Assembly: GCA_036918135.1 (NCBI GenBank)
Contig: JBALDB010000039.1
Span: forward strand, 1 to 64,000
DNA: 64,000 bases
Reading direction: 5' to 3'
Source of the DNA: Nostoc sp.
GTDB lineage: Bacteria; Cyanobacteriota; Cyanobacteriia; Cyanobacteriales; Nostocaceae
Below the pieces are notes generated by a model. It was not told the origin of the DNA and did not search any database. It saw only the letters and a list, made by a program, of their open reading frames with translations. The translations under genes were made by a program, and so were the position numbers. Shown here piece by piece: positions 30,081 to 41,795 of the stretch. Numbering within the stretch: position 1 is the first letter of the stretch; every line of letters begins with the position of its first letter.

Positions 30081-30773
30081 ATGACTAACGAAATTCAGTC
30101 CATTTTTAACCGCATTGCTCCAGTTTATGACCAATTGAACGATTGGTTGAGTCTGGGACAACACCGAATCTGGAAAGAAATGGCAGTCAAATGGAGTGCG
30201 GCTCAATCGGGTGATACTGCACTAGATTTGTGTTGCGGTAGCGGTGATTTAGCTTTTCGTTTGGCACGGCGTGTGGGAGCAACAGGACGGGTGTATGGAG
30301 TAGACTTTTCTGCCAACCTGCTAAAAACTGCCGAAGAACGCTCGCAAAAGCAGTATCCCAAACCTGTTATTGCCTGGGTAGAAGCCGACGTGTTAAATTT
30401 ACCCTTTGAGGATAACCAATTTGATGCCGCAACAATGGGCTATGGTTTAAGAAATGTTAAAGATATTCCCCGCAGTCTGCAAGAGCTATATCGTGTGCTG
30501 AAGCCGGGTGCTAAAGCAGCGATTTTAGACTTTCATCGACCGAGTAATCCTCAGCTACGCGGCTTTCAGCAATGGTATCTGGACAGTTTCGTGGTGCCAG
30601 TTGCTGATTATTTGGGCTTAAAGGAAGAATATGCTTACATTAGTCCCAGCTTAGACCGCTTTCCCATCGCCAAAAAGCAAGTAGAGTTAGCTCATCAAGT
30701 TGGTTTTGCCGTTGCCACACACTACCCCATTGCGAACGGTATGATGGGAGTGCTAGTAGTCAGTAAATTTTAA
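30081..30773 (+). CDS. menG: demethylphylloquinol/demethylmenaquinone methyltransferase
   Basis: FNRIAPVYDQLNDWLSLG, LDLCCGSGD and YGLRNV motifs. Confidence 0.93.
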   Translation: MTNEIQSIFNRIAPVYDQLNDWLSLGQHRIWKEMAVKWSAAQSGDTALDLCCGSGDLAFRLARRVGATGRVYGVDFSANLLKTAEERSQKQYPKPVIAWVEADVLNLPFEDNQFDAATMGYGLRNVKDIPRSLQELYRVLKPGAKAAILDFHRPSNPQLRGFQQWYLDSFVVPVADYLGLKEEYAYISPSLDRFPIAKKQVELAHQVGFAVATHYPIANGMMGVLVVSKF

Positions 30774-30943
30774 ATTTTAGATTTGCAATTTTGGATTGGG
30801 GGCTGCGGAATAGGTAATAGTTAATTGAAAGTCGTTAGTAGTTATTGAAAAATAACTCATGACTAATAAGGGCCAATTACCAATCCCCAATACCTAATTT
30901 ATAATCTAGAATTCAAAATCTCAAATTCAAAATCCCAAATTCT

Positions 30944-32179
30944 GTGGACTGGTCTCATCTTTGGCTTTATGTTTCTCCCCCAGTACTGGGTGGAATTATT
31001 GGCTATTTTACAAATGATATAGCCATCAAAATGTTGTTCCGTCCCTACCGAGCAATTTATATTGCTGGACGAAGAGTACCCTTCACCCCTGGATTAATTC
31101 CCCGCAACCAGGAACGTCTGGCTCAGAACATTTCCAATACAATTATGGGGTCGCTACTAACGCCACAAGAATTGCAAAATCTAGCACGGCGTCTGTTACA
31201 AACAGAACGGGTACAAGCAGCAATTCTCTGGTTATTGCGGTTAGCGGTCGAACAAATCAAAACAGATAAAAACCAAAAGAGTGCGAAAATCGTAGCAGGA
31301 ATTTTGCGGGATTTAATAGGAGAATCCTTGCCAAGATTACTGAAGGTTTTGGCGCGACGAGAAGACTTTTTGGAAGCGCAAATAAATCAAGTTTTTGACC
31401 AGATATTGCTAGAATTTCAACTGACTGAAGAACAAGCCACACGGCTTGCTGATTGGTTATTGCAAGTAATATTACCACCAGATGTATTGCGGCAAGCAAT
31501 AGTTGATTTTTTGACCGATCGCACAATTCAAATTATTGATGAAGGCTTTCGGGAAAAAACCAGTGGTACTTACTGGGTAGTGGCGAATTTATTTGGTTTA
31601 CGTAATACTCTCACCCGACTCAGGACTTTTTGCTTAGATGAAAAAGAGGCTACCAACACTCGCTTGCAGGAATTAACTAAAGATTTGCAAGTGCGCGATC
31701 GCATTCGGAAATTACTGCAAAATTTATCACTACAAAACTTACCAATTGGAACAGTACGCCAACTACAAAAGACCACACGCGAAAGTGTCCGCCATTACGT
31801 GCAAACAAGTGGCAGCGATTTACTACAAGGGTTAACTGATTCTGTGAATTGGGAAAATATTGCTGTAGTGCTGTTGAATCGTCTGAGTACTTCACCCGTT
31901 GTCAATACTTCTTTAGAAGTAATGAGTCAAGAATTGGCTTTTATTTTAGAGAAGTATTTGGAAAAAGATTTAGAGGCAATTGTGGCACAAGTAATTCCAA
32001 TTTTGTCCATAGACCAAGTGATTGTTGACCGTGTGAAATCTACTTCTCCTGCTGATTTAGAAGCTGCTATTGAAGGAATTGTCAAAAATGAATTACAGGC
32101 AATTGTAACTTTAGGCGGTGTTTTAGGTTTTGTTGTGGGATTATTTCAAACAGGGTTTTTGCTTTTGAGTCAATTTTAA
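30944..32179 (+). CDS. DUF445 family membrane protein
   Basis: [19 protein letters not shown] ... [13 protein letters not shown]. Confidence 0.9.
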   Translation: MDWSHLWLYVSPPVLGGIIGYFTNDIAIKMLFRPYRAIYIAGRRVPFTPGLIPRNQERLAQNISNTIMGSLLTPQELQNLARRLLQTERVQAAILWLLRLAVEQIKTDKNQKSAKIVAGILRDLIGESLPRLLKVLARREDFLEAQINQVFDQILLEFQLTEEQATRLADWLLQVILPPDVLRQAIVDFLTDRTIQIIDEGFREKTSGTYWVVANLFGLRNTLTRLRTFCLDEKEATNTRLQELTKDLQVRDRIRKLLQNLSLQNLPIGTVRQLQKTTRESVRHYVQTSGSDLLQGLTDSVNWENIAVVLLNRLSTSPVVNTSLEVMSQELAFILEKYLEKDLEAIVAQVIPILSIDQVIVDRVKSTSPADLEAAIEGIVKNELQAIVTLGGVLGFVVGLFQTGFLLLSQF

Positions 32180-32470
32180 ATTTTTGTCAAAGATAGTTGT
32201 CAGAATAAAATTGAGCGATCGCCTTTGAATGCGAGGTTTAAGTAAAAGGCGATCGCTATTGTTTAACGTTAGTTCTGCTCTCAGTACTCGTGAATGCGTT
32301 GACGTAGTCCCCCGCAAGCTTCGCCCCAAAACTAATCACTGTCTTATCCCTGACAAAAAAGCTCTAGCGCTGGCTACTTGTGGAGCAAATTTACGTAATA
32401 CTTAGAAGCTGTTCCTCACAGCTAGTAGAGGTTATTTAACCCATTAGCTTAAGCTCAAATTTTTAACTAG

Positions 32471-32554
32471 TGGGCAGGAGGAGAATCGAACTCCTATGAC
32501 CGCAAGGTCGCCACATTTTGAGTGTGGTGCGTCTACCAGTTTCGCCACCCGCCC
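32471..32554 (-). tRNA. trnL: tRNA-Leu (anticodon CAA), CCA not encoded
   Basis: GGGCGGG/CCTGCCC acceptor stem, CCACA-CT-CAA-AA-TGTGG anticodon arm, long variable arm, GTTCGATT T-loop. Confidence 0.96.
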
Positions 32555-32794
32555 TTATATTCAACTTCACTATTATACTCTACTCAGTGATTTTGCAACA
32601 ACAAATTTCAAGATTGATTCTCAAAGTTTTGCTGGATTAATAGTTTTAAGTAATTGCGCCAATATGCTATTTAGCTATATTACATAGTTGGTAAGTATTT
32701 CCAAACTGGAAATTGTCTGCTCAGGATGTGTGGATTATTTAAGTCCTGTACTTTTACCTGTTTACTCTTGTGGGGATTCACTGAACTATAGCGC

Positions 32795-33916
32795 TTAAAG
32801 GCGTGGAAACATTAATAAACTAGGGTCAATATCCTGTAGCTTGGCACAGCCGCTAAGTGCCATTGCCAAATTTAACTCGTCTTGGAGAAGTGAAATGACA
32901 TGAGATACACCGGCTTGTCCTGCTACCGCTAGTCCCCACAAAATGGGTCGTCCGATAAGTACCGCTTTTGCTCCTAATGCTAAAGCCTTAAGAATGTCTG
33001 TGCCTCTACGGATGCCTCCATCCAACAGTATTTCTAACCTACCATTGACTGCTAATACTATTTCTGATAAGGCATCTAAAGAAGCGATCGCACCGTCGAG
33101 TTGTCTGCCTCCATGATTAGAAACAATAATTGCTTTGGCTCCATATTCTACAGCCCGCAATGCATCATCTGAGCGTAAAATTCCTTTGAGTACTAGAGGT
33201 AGTGGAGATATGGACTGCAACCATTCCAAGTCCCTCCAAGTAACTGCTGGGTTTAGCTGTTGAGCAAAATAGGTAAATAGCCCAGATTCGCCTTTTTCAT
33301 GGGAAATATCTAGTCCTGATATAGTTGCAAGATTAGCCAAATGTAGGTCTAGAGGTAAAGCAAACTCATTACGTCTATCTTTTTCGCGCTGTCCGAGAAC
33401 TGGTGCATCTACAGTCAGACAAAGTGCTTGATAACCTGCTTTATAGGCTTTTTCTACCAAAGCACGAGTCAAGCCTCGGTCTTTGTGGATGTAAAGCTGG
33501 AACCAGCGTAGAGAATCTGGAAACTGCTCGCAAGCGCTTGCTACTTCTTCAATGCTTTTTGTTGCCATTGTACTTAACACCATGCCGACACCAGCTGATG
33601 CTGCGGCTGAGGCGGTGGCAATTTCTCCATCGGGATGAGCTAGACATTGAAAAGCCATCGGTGCAACCAGTAAAGGTAGTTGCAGAGGTTGTCCTAAAAT
33701 GGAGGTATTGAGATGGCGATCGCTAACATCAACTAATATCCGAGGTCGCAGCTTGATTCGCTCAAAGGCAATACGATTATCTCGCAAGGTGATTTCATCC
33801 CAAGCACCACTACTGTAGTAATCAAGGGTCATTTGGGATAGATACTGTTTTGCAAGTTTTTCGTATTCAAAGAGGTTAATGGGTTGAAAGCGATCGTCGT
33901 TGGGTACAACTGTCAT
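32795..33916 (-). CDS. FMN-dependent alpha-hydroxy-acid oxidase (lactate/glycolate oxidase family)
   Basis: SNHGGRQLD, DGGIRRGTD and WFQLY motifs. Confidence 0.95.
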   Translation of the reverse strand: MTVVPNDDRFQPINLFEYEKLAKQYLSQMTLDYYSSGAWDEITLRDNRIAFERIKLRPRILVDVSDRHLNTSILGQPLQLPLLVAPMAFQCLAHPDGEIATASAAASAGVGMVLSTMATKSIEEVASACEQFPDSLRWFQLYIHKDRGLTRALVEKAYKAGYQALCLTVDAPVLGQREKDRRNEFALPLDLHLANLATISGLDISHEKGESGLFTYFAQQLNPAVTWRDLEWLQSISPLPLVLKGILRSDDALRAVEYGAKAIIVSNHGGRQLDGAIASLDALSEIVLAVNGRLEILLDGGIRRGTDILKALALGAKAVLIGRPILWGLAVAGQAGVSHVISLLQDELNLAMALSGCAKLQDIDPSLLMFPRL

Positions 33917-34313
33917 GGTAGCGACCGTGGGTTAAGTGATGGGATGTCTTTTTAATTCCATCAAAGTTATGATATATCGCTAAGTAACCTATTTAATAAT
34001 TCTTCTAATTTTTGTTCGTAAATAGGTGATAAATGTATAATTTAATTTCTATCCTCATCTTCTATATTTTTATTTCCTTCTAACGTGGTCTTTAAAGTCA
34101 ATAAAAAATCTATCGCTTTGTAACGTCAAGGATTATTTGAGGAAAGTGCTTCTGGTTCGTCTATTGCTTGTTCCGGTTTTTTATTAATAATTAAAAAGCT
34201 TGTATTCTTAATTCATAATTCGCAAATTCTTAATTAGGAATTACAAATTATGAATTACGAATTACAAATTATTTGCTCAAGAGATATTACCTTATTTGGT
34301 GATTCTGGTAAAT

Positions 34314-35192
34314 TTACCAGTTTCGCCAGCCGCCTTTGGGTGCAACTTCACCATCGGTAGATTTAAGTCCCTGACCTTGAATTAGAGATTGATATTCTGT
34401 GCTGCTTGCCCAACGGTCAATTTCTCGCGCCCGTAACACTGGTACTGGATGAGTTAATTGGGCTGTACGGGCAGCTTTGACCATTTCACCGAGTTCGGTC
34501 TTGCTAATATCATCGTAAGCGCGGGCTTGGGCAACAAAGGCATCGAGGTTTAATTGCGGTGCTAAGGTGGGAGAACCACCAGCTAGCTTCATCAATACGG
34601 ACATGACAACTTTGGGGTCTTGTGTTGCTAACAATGCAGCGCGATCGCAGGTAAACTCAGCACAGCGCACCCATTCCAATAGTTGTGCTTGTATTGCTTG
34701 GGCAATAAAGGCCCCGACATTCGGCACAATTGCCGCAGCTAATATTAGTAAATTTACAGGCGTCAAGTAAACGCTATGGTCACACTTGAGATGTCCCAAC
34801 TCGTGGGCAATTACTGCTTGGATTTCCTCTGGCGTGAGGATATCAATTAAGGAAGTGTGCAGAACTATAAAAGGTTGCTTACCCCGCACAGCAAAAGTAT
34901 AAGCGTTGGGAGCTGGATGCTGTCGGACGTACAACTGGGGAGGCTCTATATCCAAGATTTTGCAGGCTTGTAACAACAGCTGATGTAAATCAGGCAATTG
35001 TTTCTCACTCACCAGAACGCTTGAGGCAATATTTTCTACATAAAAAACCTGCTCTGCCATTGGGCCAAGCCAATTTCGCACCAACATATCGATACCTGGT
35101 ATCTGCTTGAGCGCATTAGTAGCTTCCAGATCTAATGGATGACGAAATGAGTCAGCTTTTAAACCAATCAGGGGGGTTTTGAAGAAGGACAT
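34314..35192 (-). CDS. M48 family Zn metallopeptidase
   Basis: AHELGH, EFTCDR and THP motifs. Confidence 0.92.
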   Translation of the reverse strand: MSFFKTPLIGLKADSFRHPLDLEATNALKQIPGIDMLVRNWLGPMAEQVFYVENIASSVLVSEKQLPDLHQLLLQACKILDIEPPQLYVRQHPAPNAYTFAVRGKQPFIVLHTSLIDILTPEEIQAVIAHELGHLKCDHSVYLTPVNLLILAAAIVPNVGAFIAQAIQAQLLEWVRCAEFTCDRAALLATQDPKVVMSVLMKLAGGSPTLAPQLNLDAFVAQARAYDDISKTELGEMVKAARTAQLTHPVPVLRAREIDRWASSTEYQSLIQGQGLKSTDGEVAPKGGWRNW

Positions 35193-35310
35193 AGTGCAGC
35201 AAGCTATAAAAAAATACAACTATGGAAGTTGGCTGGTTAAATGAAACAGCCTCCCAAAAATAGTATAGCGATTAAGTCGGGTCGGCATTATCCATGCTAG
35301 GTATGCAGGG

Positions 35311-35440
35311 GGCATTGGGCAAATAGGAAGTGTGGGAGGGGTGGGAGGTGTGGGAGGAAAAGGAGGATAGGGAGGATGGGGAAGAAATCTTGCCCCCCTC
35401 TCTCCCTACACTCCCCCATCTCCCCATCACCTCATCTCTT
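35311..35440. repeat. G-rich/C-rich dispersed repeat (inverted copy at 43000-43185)
   Basis: Shared ggaggtgtgggaggaaaaggaggatag...gaagaaatcttgccccc.ctctccctacactcccc. Confidence 0.85.
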
Positions 35441-35456
35441 CATCAGAGCATCAATT

Positions 35457-36824
35457 TCAACTTGATACGCTAGTGACACTGGGAGCAATTTGTGCATCTG
35501 CTGATGCTTCGCCCACTCGTAGGATTCTAGCTCCCAATTGCTGCAACTTCGTATCAAGTCGATCGTAGCCGCGATCGAGGTGCTGTAATCCTTGAATTGT
35601 AGTTTGTCCTTCTGCTGCTAATCCTGCTAGGACTAGTGCTGCGGATGCTCGCAAGTCTGTGCCTAATACTGGTGCGCCAGATAGCTTCGGTACTCCCCTA
35701 ACGAAAGCAGCATTACCTTTAACACGAATATCTGCTCCCAAACGATTTAACTCTGAGGCATGACGCAAGCGATTTTCAAAAACAGATTCGTTAATTACGC
35801 TGTCGCCTTCAGCCAATGTCAACAAAGCCATGAACGGCGCTTGCATATCTGTAGGAAAACCTGGATGGTATTGGGTTTCAATATCTGTTGCCTTCAGGGT
35901 TTTCGCTGGGAGAATACGTAAGTGTTCAGGTGCTTCCTCGATTATTGTCACTCCAATATCGCGCAGCTTGGCAATCACTGGTATGAGATGTTCTGGAGCC
36001 ACAGGTGAGAGGCTAAGTTCTGAGCGGGTAATTGCTGCTGCCACTAAAAACGTTCCCGCTTCAATGCGATCGGGGATAATACTGTAATCAACAGAATGCA
36101 ACTTGGGGACTCCTTCGATGATAATTCTGCTAGTCCCTGCCCCAGTAATTTTTGCTCCCATCGCATTACAGAAGTTAGCTAAATCAACTACTTCCGGTTC
36201 TCTGGCAGCGTTTTCAATGATTGTTTCGCCTTCTGCCAAGGTAGCCGCCATCATCAAGTTTTCCGTTGCTCCGACACTGGCGATGTCTAAGTAAATTTTT
36301 GCTCCCTTTAACCTGCGGTTGCTACCTGGAACGTAGGCGTTACAAATGCCATGTTCAATCTGCACCTCAGCTCCCATTGCTTGCAGTCCTCGGACATGCA
36401 AATCAACTGGTCTTGCTCCGATAGCACAACCACCTGGTAAGGGCATCTGCGCTACTCCCAGTCTTGCTAGAATTGCACCAATAGCAAAAAAGCTCGCCCT
36501 CAACTGAGTAACTAGTTCGTAAGGAGCTTTCGATGTTTTAATTTCGCTGGCATTAATATCTAAAATATCGCCCTGGCGTTTTAAACGTACACCCAAAGCC
36601 GATAACACCTGACCCATCCGCTCTATATCCGCTAATAAGGGAACATTGCGGATGCGACAATCACCTGGACACAGCAAGGCTCCAGCCATGATTACTAATG
36701 CTGCATTTTTTGCCCCACTAATTTTTACATCACCTCGCAAAGGATGCCCACCCCAAATTTGCAAGACTGAGGAGTCCGCTTTGGGAGCAAATTTGGCATC
36801 TGGTAAGCTGCTAGAAGGATTAAT
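35457..36824 (-). CDS. murA: UDP-N-acetylglucosamine 1-carboxyvinyltransferase
   Basis: [20 protein letters not shown] and GFPTDMQ motifs. The start is placed at ATT 36824 behind GGAGGT; the alternative is TTG 36764. Confidence 0.97.
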   Translation of the reverse strand: MNPSSSLPDAKFAPKADSSVLQIWGGHPLRGDVKISGAKNAALVIMAGALLCPGDCRIRNVPLLADIERMGQVLSALGVRLKRQGDILDINASEIKTSKAPYELVTQLRASFFAIGAILARLGVAQMPLPGGCAIGARPVDLHVRGLQAMGAEVQIEHGICNAYVPGSNRRLKGAKIYLDIASVGATENLMMAATLAEGETIIENAAREPEVVDLANFCNAMGAKITGAGTSRIIIEGVPKLHSVDYSIIPDRIEAGTFLVAAAITRSELSLSPVAPEHLIPVIAKLRDIGVTIIEEAPEHLRILPAKTLKATDIETQYHPGFPTDMQAPFMALLTLAEGDSVINESVFENRLRHASELNRLGADIRVKGNAAFVRGVPKLSGAPVLGTDLRASAALVLAGLAAEGQTTIQGLQHLDRGYDRLDTKLQQLGARILRVGEASADAQIAPSVTSVSS

Positions 36825-37756
36825 AATCCTACCTCCAAAATTAATACGTATTTTATATGTCTGAAGTTGGTTTTGATTCTACAGTAAAGATTCAATTTGT
36901 CCACATTTTAGAACAATATCTCTGATTAAAAAATTGTATTTTTACTCATAGATTTACACGAAAAACCAGGACTAGCAAGGTTTTCAAGCTTTTGAAACCT
37001 TTAACAAAAAAGACTGCCTCAGTAGTACTTACAAGTAAAAAAAAATACTCAATAATCTAACTTAGGTATTTGCTAAAAATCAATACTCTAATGGATATTT
37101 TTAGAGGATTACTGAATGAATGAATAAATTGATTTATATAGATACAGTTTGATACTTAAAATAATGAATTAATAATTTAATCAAGTATTTTAGTATTTAT
37201 TATCTCTTGAAAGAGCATGATTTCTTTGATAAAAGACGTGTTAAATCATGTATAATCAGTGAATTTTAACTTTAAAATTTTGTCAGATATGTCTTAGTTA
37301 TATAGCAGTTCACTTTGGTGATAAAACTTGGGAAACTTTTGAAATGCTCAGCTAAAATAAATTATTATTATATCATTTAGCACCATAAAAAGATGTATTT
37401 ATAGTAATATATATATTTTTTATATATTAAAGAGTTAAAAAATATTTACTCAGATAATTTAAAAATCAGTAATGAATTATTGCTGCATTCATGAATAAGG
37501 GTTCTACAGGTATTGATAGTAGTGGTGCGGTTGTTTTTTTGGGGGCGATCGCTTTGACGAGTTGAACATTTTCCTACTGAAGGAGTATATTTTGAGAAAA
37601 TGCGATCGCTAACTTGAGATTAACTATAAAACTTTCAATCAAAGTAATTAAAGCGAATTACCAACTATTTAATTTGTTTTTTCAAGGATGGTGTCAAAAT
37701 CATAATTCCCTATTTTTTGTTCAACTTCCATATCCAAGTATCTTATCGTAGCTATT

Positions 37757-37866
37757 AAGCCCAGCGATGTCTGTCTTGAAAAGTTCAGATCGGCGGAAGC
37801 CGCAGCTCCGACTTTTCGCTATGACGGGCGTAGCTGCGGCATCAATTAAGCTGGAGATGCAAAAGA
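37757..37866. repeat. imperfect direct repeat, left of the second hicAB (partner at 38472-38535)
   Basis: aagcccag..gatgtct...gacgg.cgtagctgcg...tggagatgcaaaaga; this copy carries a 48-nt insert. Confidence 0.75.
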
Positions 37867-37989
37867 GCGATGGTCAAAAGTAAAAAGAAAAAATAGCTAT
37901 ACCATAAGCCTTTTACCAATTCCAGATGGTCTGTTTATTTCTGCCGTATTGTATGGATTGTTTAGCGCTAATTTTGTAATTTCCTATAA

Positions 37990-38214
37990 TTATATTTTGC
38001 TGTAGTTTGCAACTTCAACCTCATGAGCGATGCTTGTAGGTTTAGGAATAGGTAAACCATCTTCTAGCATTCCTTCTATATGAAATACAATAGCTTCTGC
38101 AATCATCTGCTTGACTTCTTCTAAAGTTTCGCCCACAGCTACACAACCTGGTAAATCAGGGATATAAGCGCCATAGCTAGTTTCTCCCTTTTCAATCACA
38201 ACTGTATAACGCAT
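37990..38214 (-). CDS. hicB: HicB-like antitoxin (short form)
   Basis: YGAYIPDLPGCVAVGETLEE...EAI.FHIEG. Confidence 0.9.
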   Translation of the reverse strand: MRYTVVIEKGETSYGAYIPDLPGCVAVGETLEEVKQMIAEAIVFHIEGMLEDGLPIPKPTSIAHEVEVANYSKI

Positions 38215-38405
38215 CAGTCTTCCTCCAATCGAGCTTGTCTCCAGATATTTTTCAGAGTACCAATTGGCACATCCACATTTGGCTTACCAGACACTGTTAC
38301 AGTACCAGGTTTATCTGGATGTTTGAACTGTCGATGACTACCTTTAGTTCTATCAAGATACCAACCATCAGCTTCTAGTCGTTTGATAACTTCGCGTACT
38401 TTCAT
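38214..38405 (-). CDS. hicA: HicA toxin
   Basis: MKVREVIKRLEADGW...KGSHRQFKHP...GTLKNI; ATG at 38405. Confidence 0.92.
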   Translation of the reverse strand: MKVREVIKRLEADGWYLDRTKGSHRQFKHPDKPGTVTVSGKPNVDVPIGTLKNIWRQARLEED

Positions 38406-38575
38406 CCTACTACTTATCTGTAGAGATAAAATTTCTGTTAACCCTTGTAGAGACGTTTCTTGTTGTAAATAAAGCCCAGTGCAATGTCTACGACGGCCGT
38501 AGCTGCGCCACCAATGATGATGGAGATGCAAAAGAACTAGAGGTGTTCTCAAACTGCAAATTAGACTTAATTGGA

Positions 38576-38647
38576 GGTTGGGTTAAACGAAGTGAAACCA
38601 GCATCTGTGATGGGTAATATTAGGTTTCGTTCCTAAACCCAACCGAC
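38576..38647. repeat. REP-like palindromic element
   Basis: ggttgggtt...gaaacc ... ggtttcg...aacccaacc. Confidence 0.6.
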
Positions 38648-38667
38648 GTTTCATAACTTAAAATAAT

Positions 38668-39349
38668 TTACTCAGTAAAATCATGCTTTAGTTCTCCACT
38701 TGACATCATTGCACCGTATAATATAGTATTCTGAAAAATAGTGCCGTTTATATTTGCTCTAAATAATGTAGCTTGTTGCATAATTGTTTTGGTTAAATTA
38801 GCTTTTTCTAAATTAGCTTCAAAAAGAGAACAAGATGAAAGATTGGCTTCTGTCAGATTAGCTGCTTTAAAGTTTGCTTTTTGTAAATTAGACATTAAAA
38901 GCTTAGCTTTTTTAATTAGCCCCTTGAAGATTTGCTTCTATTAAATTTGATTGTTCAAGGTATGCTCCTTGAAGGTTTGCTTTTTGAAGATTGGCTCTAA
39001 ATAAAAATACTTGTGCAAGATTTGCTTCTATAAGACTGGTTTTTTGAAGATTTGCTTCTACTAAATTTGATTGTGTAAGGTATGCTCCTTGAAGGTTTGC
39101 TTTTTGAAGATTAGCTCTATTAAGATTAGCCCTACTAAGGGTTACTTGAACAAGATTTGCATTCGACAAATTTGCTTCTTGAAGATTTGCAGCAGATAAA
39201 TTTTTATTTGATAAATCTGCATTCGATAAATCACATCTAGGACAATTATTTGTTTTTAATAACTGTTCCAAATGCTGAGGATTTGCAGCAGATGTAGGTA
39301 AAGAGATTAATAAACTAGCTAAAAAACAACCTAAAAAAGCTTTTTGCAT
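38668..39349 (-). pseudogene. secreted pentapeptide-repeat protein split by a frameshift near 38912
   Basis: Signal peptide, QLLKTNNCPRCDLS and A(N/D)Lxx repeats; the repeats continue in another frame after GCT AAT T AAA AAA GCT. Confidence 0.8.
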
Positions 39350-39460
39350 AAACTGATTTGGAATAAATTAAATTTTACTAAAAACAGTTTAATATGAAAA
39401 AATAAATTTTTTCAGCTTTAATAATTATTGTCAACTAACTTTATATGAAACACCAAAAAT

Positions 39461-39494
39461 ATTACCCCTCTCCGCCACCCGGAAAGGGGTTAAT
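39461..39494 (-). terminator. hairpin after ndhJ
   Basis: acccct.tccg...cgga.aggggt. Confidence 0.55.
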
Positions 39495-39516
39495 CACTGA
39501 TGAAACTCAGCACTAA

Positions 39517-40047
39517 TTAATAAGCGTCTTGCAATTCGTAGAAATCAGGCGAGACATAATCTTTCCGCAAAGGCCAACCTACCCAATCTTCTGGCATCAA
39601 AAGTCGTTTGAGATTTGGGTGTCCTTCATAAATAATGCCGAACATATCGTAAGACTCGCGTTCTTGCCAATCAGCGGTCTTCCAAATCCAATACACTGAA
39701 GGCACCACGGGATTTTCTCGTGATAGGAACACCTTTAAACGGACTTCTTGGGGGCGATCGCTATTATCACCCACTTTAATCAAGTGATATACACTCACCA
39801 ATTCTTGTCCTGGCCCAAGGTCAATACCACCTTGAAACTGGAGATAATTAAACCCATAAGCATAGAGGGCTGTAGCAGTGGGGAGCAAGAAATTCGCCTC
39901 CACTTTAATTATCTCTACCCCATTTTTGTCTGGTGGCAAAAACTCATGCTCAAAACCATTTTCTGTTAACCACTGAGAAACTTTACCGGCTTCTACCAAT
40001 GACTCTTCTTTGGCTGCTGGTACTGGTTTAGATTCTTCTTCAGCCAC
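39517..40047 (-). CDS. ndhJ: NDH-1 subunit J
   Basis: [12 protein letters not shown]...GWPLRKDY. Confidence 0.98.
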   Translation of the reverse strand: MAEEESKPVPAAKEESLVEAGKVSQWLTENGFEHEFLPPDKNGVEIIKVEANFLLPTATALYAYGFNYLQFQGGIDLGPGQELVSVYHLIKVGDNSDRPQEVRLKVFLSRENPVVPSVYWIWKTADWQERESYDMFGIIYEGHPNLKRLLMPEDWVGWPLRKDYVSPDFYELQDAY

Positions 40048-40777
40048 GGCTTTGTTCCTCCTTTTGTGTCTTTGCTGTCAGCAATGCAGGTGGTACTGGC
40101 ATACCAATCGCTTCTGCCAATTCTTTCGGTGGTACAGAGCGAGTTTCTGATTGCAAATACTTACCAGTTAAAATTTCTTTTACTGGTTTGAGGTTATGAG
40201 TCGTGCTGTAATAGCGGTGAGTTTGCTTAATTTTATTCCGCTCTTGCATCGAATCATTAGCAATTTTCTTCCGCAACTTAATAATCGCGTCGATAATTGC
40301 TTCTGGACGAGGAGGACAACCAGGCAAGTACACATCCACAGGAATCAGTTTATCAACTCCGCGCACTGCCGTTGGAGAATCAACACTGAACATCCCACCA
40401 GTAATCGTGCAAGCTCCCATTGCGATTACATACTTCGGTTCTGGCATTTGTTCATAAAGCCGCACCAGTTGGGGTGCCATCTTCATGGTGATTGTCCCTG
40501 CCGTAATGATTAAATCAGCTTGGCGGGGGCTAGAACGAGGAATTAGTCCAAAACGGTCAAAATCAAATCGTGAGCCAATTAAAGCTGCAAACTCAATAAA
40601 GCAGCAAGCAGTACCAAATAGCAACGGCCACAAACTAGAAAGCCGTGCCCAGTTGTAGAGATCGTCAACCGTGGTCAAAATCACATTTTCTGAAAGGTCT
40701 TGAGTGATTGTCGGACGATCGATAGGGTTGATGATTCGCTCTTTGTCCTGGGTTATTAAGTTAGAATTTAAGACCAT
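40040..40777 (-). CDS. ndhK: NDH-1 subunit K
   Basis: GTACCFIE and LPGCPPRPE motifs. Confidence 0.98.
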   Translation of the reverse strand: MVLNSNLITQDKERIINPIDRPTITQDLSENVILTTVDDLYNWARLSSLWPLLFGTACCFIEFAALIGSRFDFDRFGLIPRSSPRQADLIITAGTITMKMAPQLVRLYEQMPEPKYVIAMGACTITGGMFSVDSPTAVRGVDKLIPVDVYLPGCPPRPEAIIDAIIKLRKKIANDSMQERNKIKQTHRYYSTTHNLKPVKEILTGKYLQSETRSVPPKELAEAIGMPVPPALLTAKTQKEEQSRG

Positions 40778-41130
40778 TCCAAAGCTCCTTTACGCCATGC
40801 GTAAACTAAAGCGACTACAAGAATTGCAATAAAGATTAGCGCTTCAATAAATGCCAATAATCCTAGACGATGGAAAGCTACCGCCCAAGGATACAAAAAT
40901 ACAGTCTCCACATCAAAAACGACAAAGACCAGAGCAAACATGTAGTAGCGGATATTGAACTGAATCCAGGCTCCCCCGATGGGTTCCATCCCAGATTCAT
41001 AAGTAGTACGCTTTTCAGGGCTGTAACCACTGGGTCGTAGGAGCTTGGATGCTGAGAGCGCTAAGGCAGGAACTAGGCTACAGACTATTAAGAAGCCTAG
41101 AAAGTACTCGTAACCGCTGAGGACAAACAC
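40768..41130 (-). CDS. ndhC: NDH-1 subunit C
   Basis: [18 protein letters not shown] and KGALEWS motifs. Confidence 0.98.
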   Translation of the reverse strand: MFVLSGYEYFLGFLIVCSLVPALALSASKLLRPSGYSPEKRTTYESGMEPIGGAWIQFNIRYYMFALVFVVFDVETVFLYPWAVAFHRLGLLAFIEALIFIAILVVALVYAWRKGALEWS

Positions 41131-41299
41131 AATGAGTATCTACCGCTTATGAAGTATTTAAGTTGGGAGTGGGGTATGGAGACTGGGGACTGGGGAGTAA
41201 GGGAGACGAAAAGATAGAGAGATAGGGAAAGAATTCACCTCACTCCCCACATTTCCAATGCCCCATGCCCAATCCCCAGTACCCAATCCCTTGAATTGC

Positions 41300-41317
41300 G
41301 TTACTTTCTTTTACATT
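41300..41317. promoter_or_regulatory. possible HLR1 (RpaB) site between ndhC and rubA
   Basis: GTTACTTT-CT-TTTACATT versus consensus (G/T)TTACA(T/A)(T/A)-N2-repeat, one mismatch. Confidence 0.4.
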
Positions 41318-41459
41318 ATATCTTTTTGATTTTTCTGAAATCTACGAAACAAATGCACTTCAGGTATTTGATTCGTTTTTGGTATTGATAGAAAAGTCTA
41401 ACAGTTATGTCATAATTTTTAACGTATATTTAAGATTTCTCCTCTGCGAGGCCTTAGTC

Positions 41460-41795
41460 ATGAGCGAACCAGCTGTTGAGACTTCAGTGTTAGACCGCTA
41501 TGAGTGTCGCGCCTGCGGTTATATATACGAACCCGAAAAGGGAGACGACAAACATGACATTACTCCAGGAACAGCTTTTGCAGAACTGCCGATAACTTGG
41601 CGCTGTCCAGTTTGTAGTGCCAAGAAAGCGGTTTTTGCCAATATTGGTCCTGCGGGTACTGCATCCGGCTTCAAAGAAAATCTCGGTTACGGTCTGGGTG
41701 TCAATAACCTAACGCCAATCCAGAAAAATATCCTAATTTTTGGCGCTTTGGCTGTTGCATTTTTGTTTTTTCTCAGTCTCTACGGTTTACAATAA
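41460..41795 (+). CDS. rubA: membrane-anchored rubredoxin
   Basis: CRACGYIY...WRCPVC and a C-terminal TM helix; upstream of ycf48. Confidence 0.96.
   Translation: MSEPAVETSVLDRYECRACGYIYEPEKGDDKHDITPGTAFAELPITWRCPVCSAKKAVFANIGPAGTASGFKENLGYGLGVNNLTPIQKNILIFGALAVAFLFFLSLYGLQ

Noticed and set aside
32471..32554. tRNA as integration site of a prophage or island
   Set aside because: No duplicated tRNA 3' end or integrase was seen, and the flanks are housekeeping genes. The ORF at 32496-32687 is a tRNA-overlapping artefact.
36900..37500. Very AT-rich stretch as replication origin or ncRNA
   Set aside because: No DnaA-box cluster or convincing structure was seen.
38406..38552. N-terminal extension of HicA in the ORF track
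   Set aside because: It runs through a flanking repeat; HicA similarity begins at ATG 38405.
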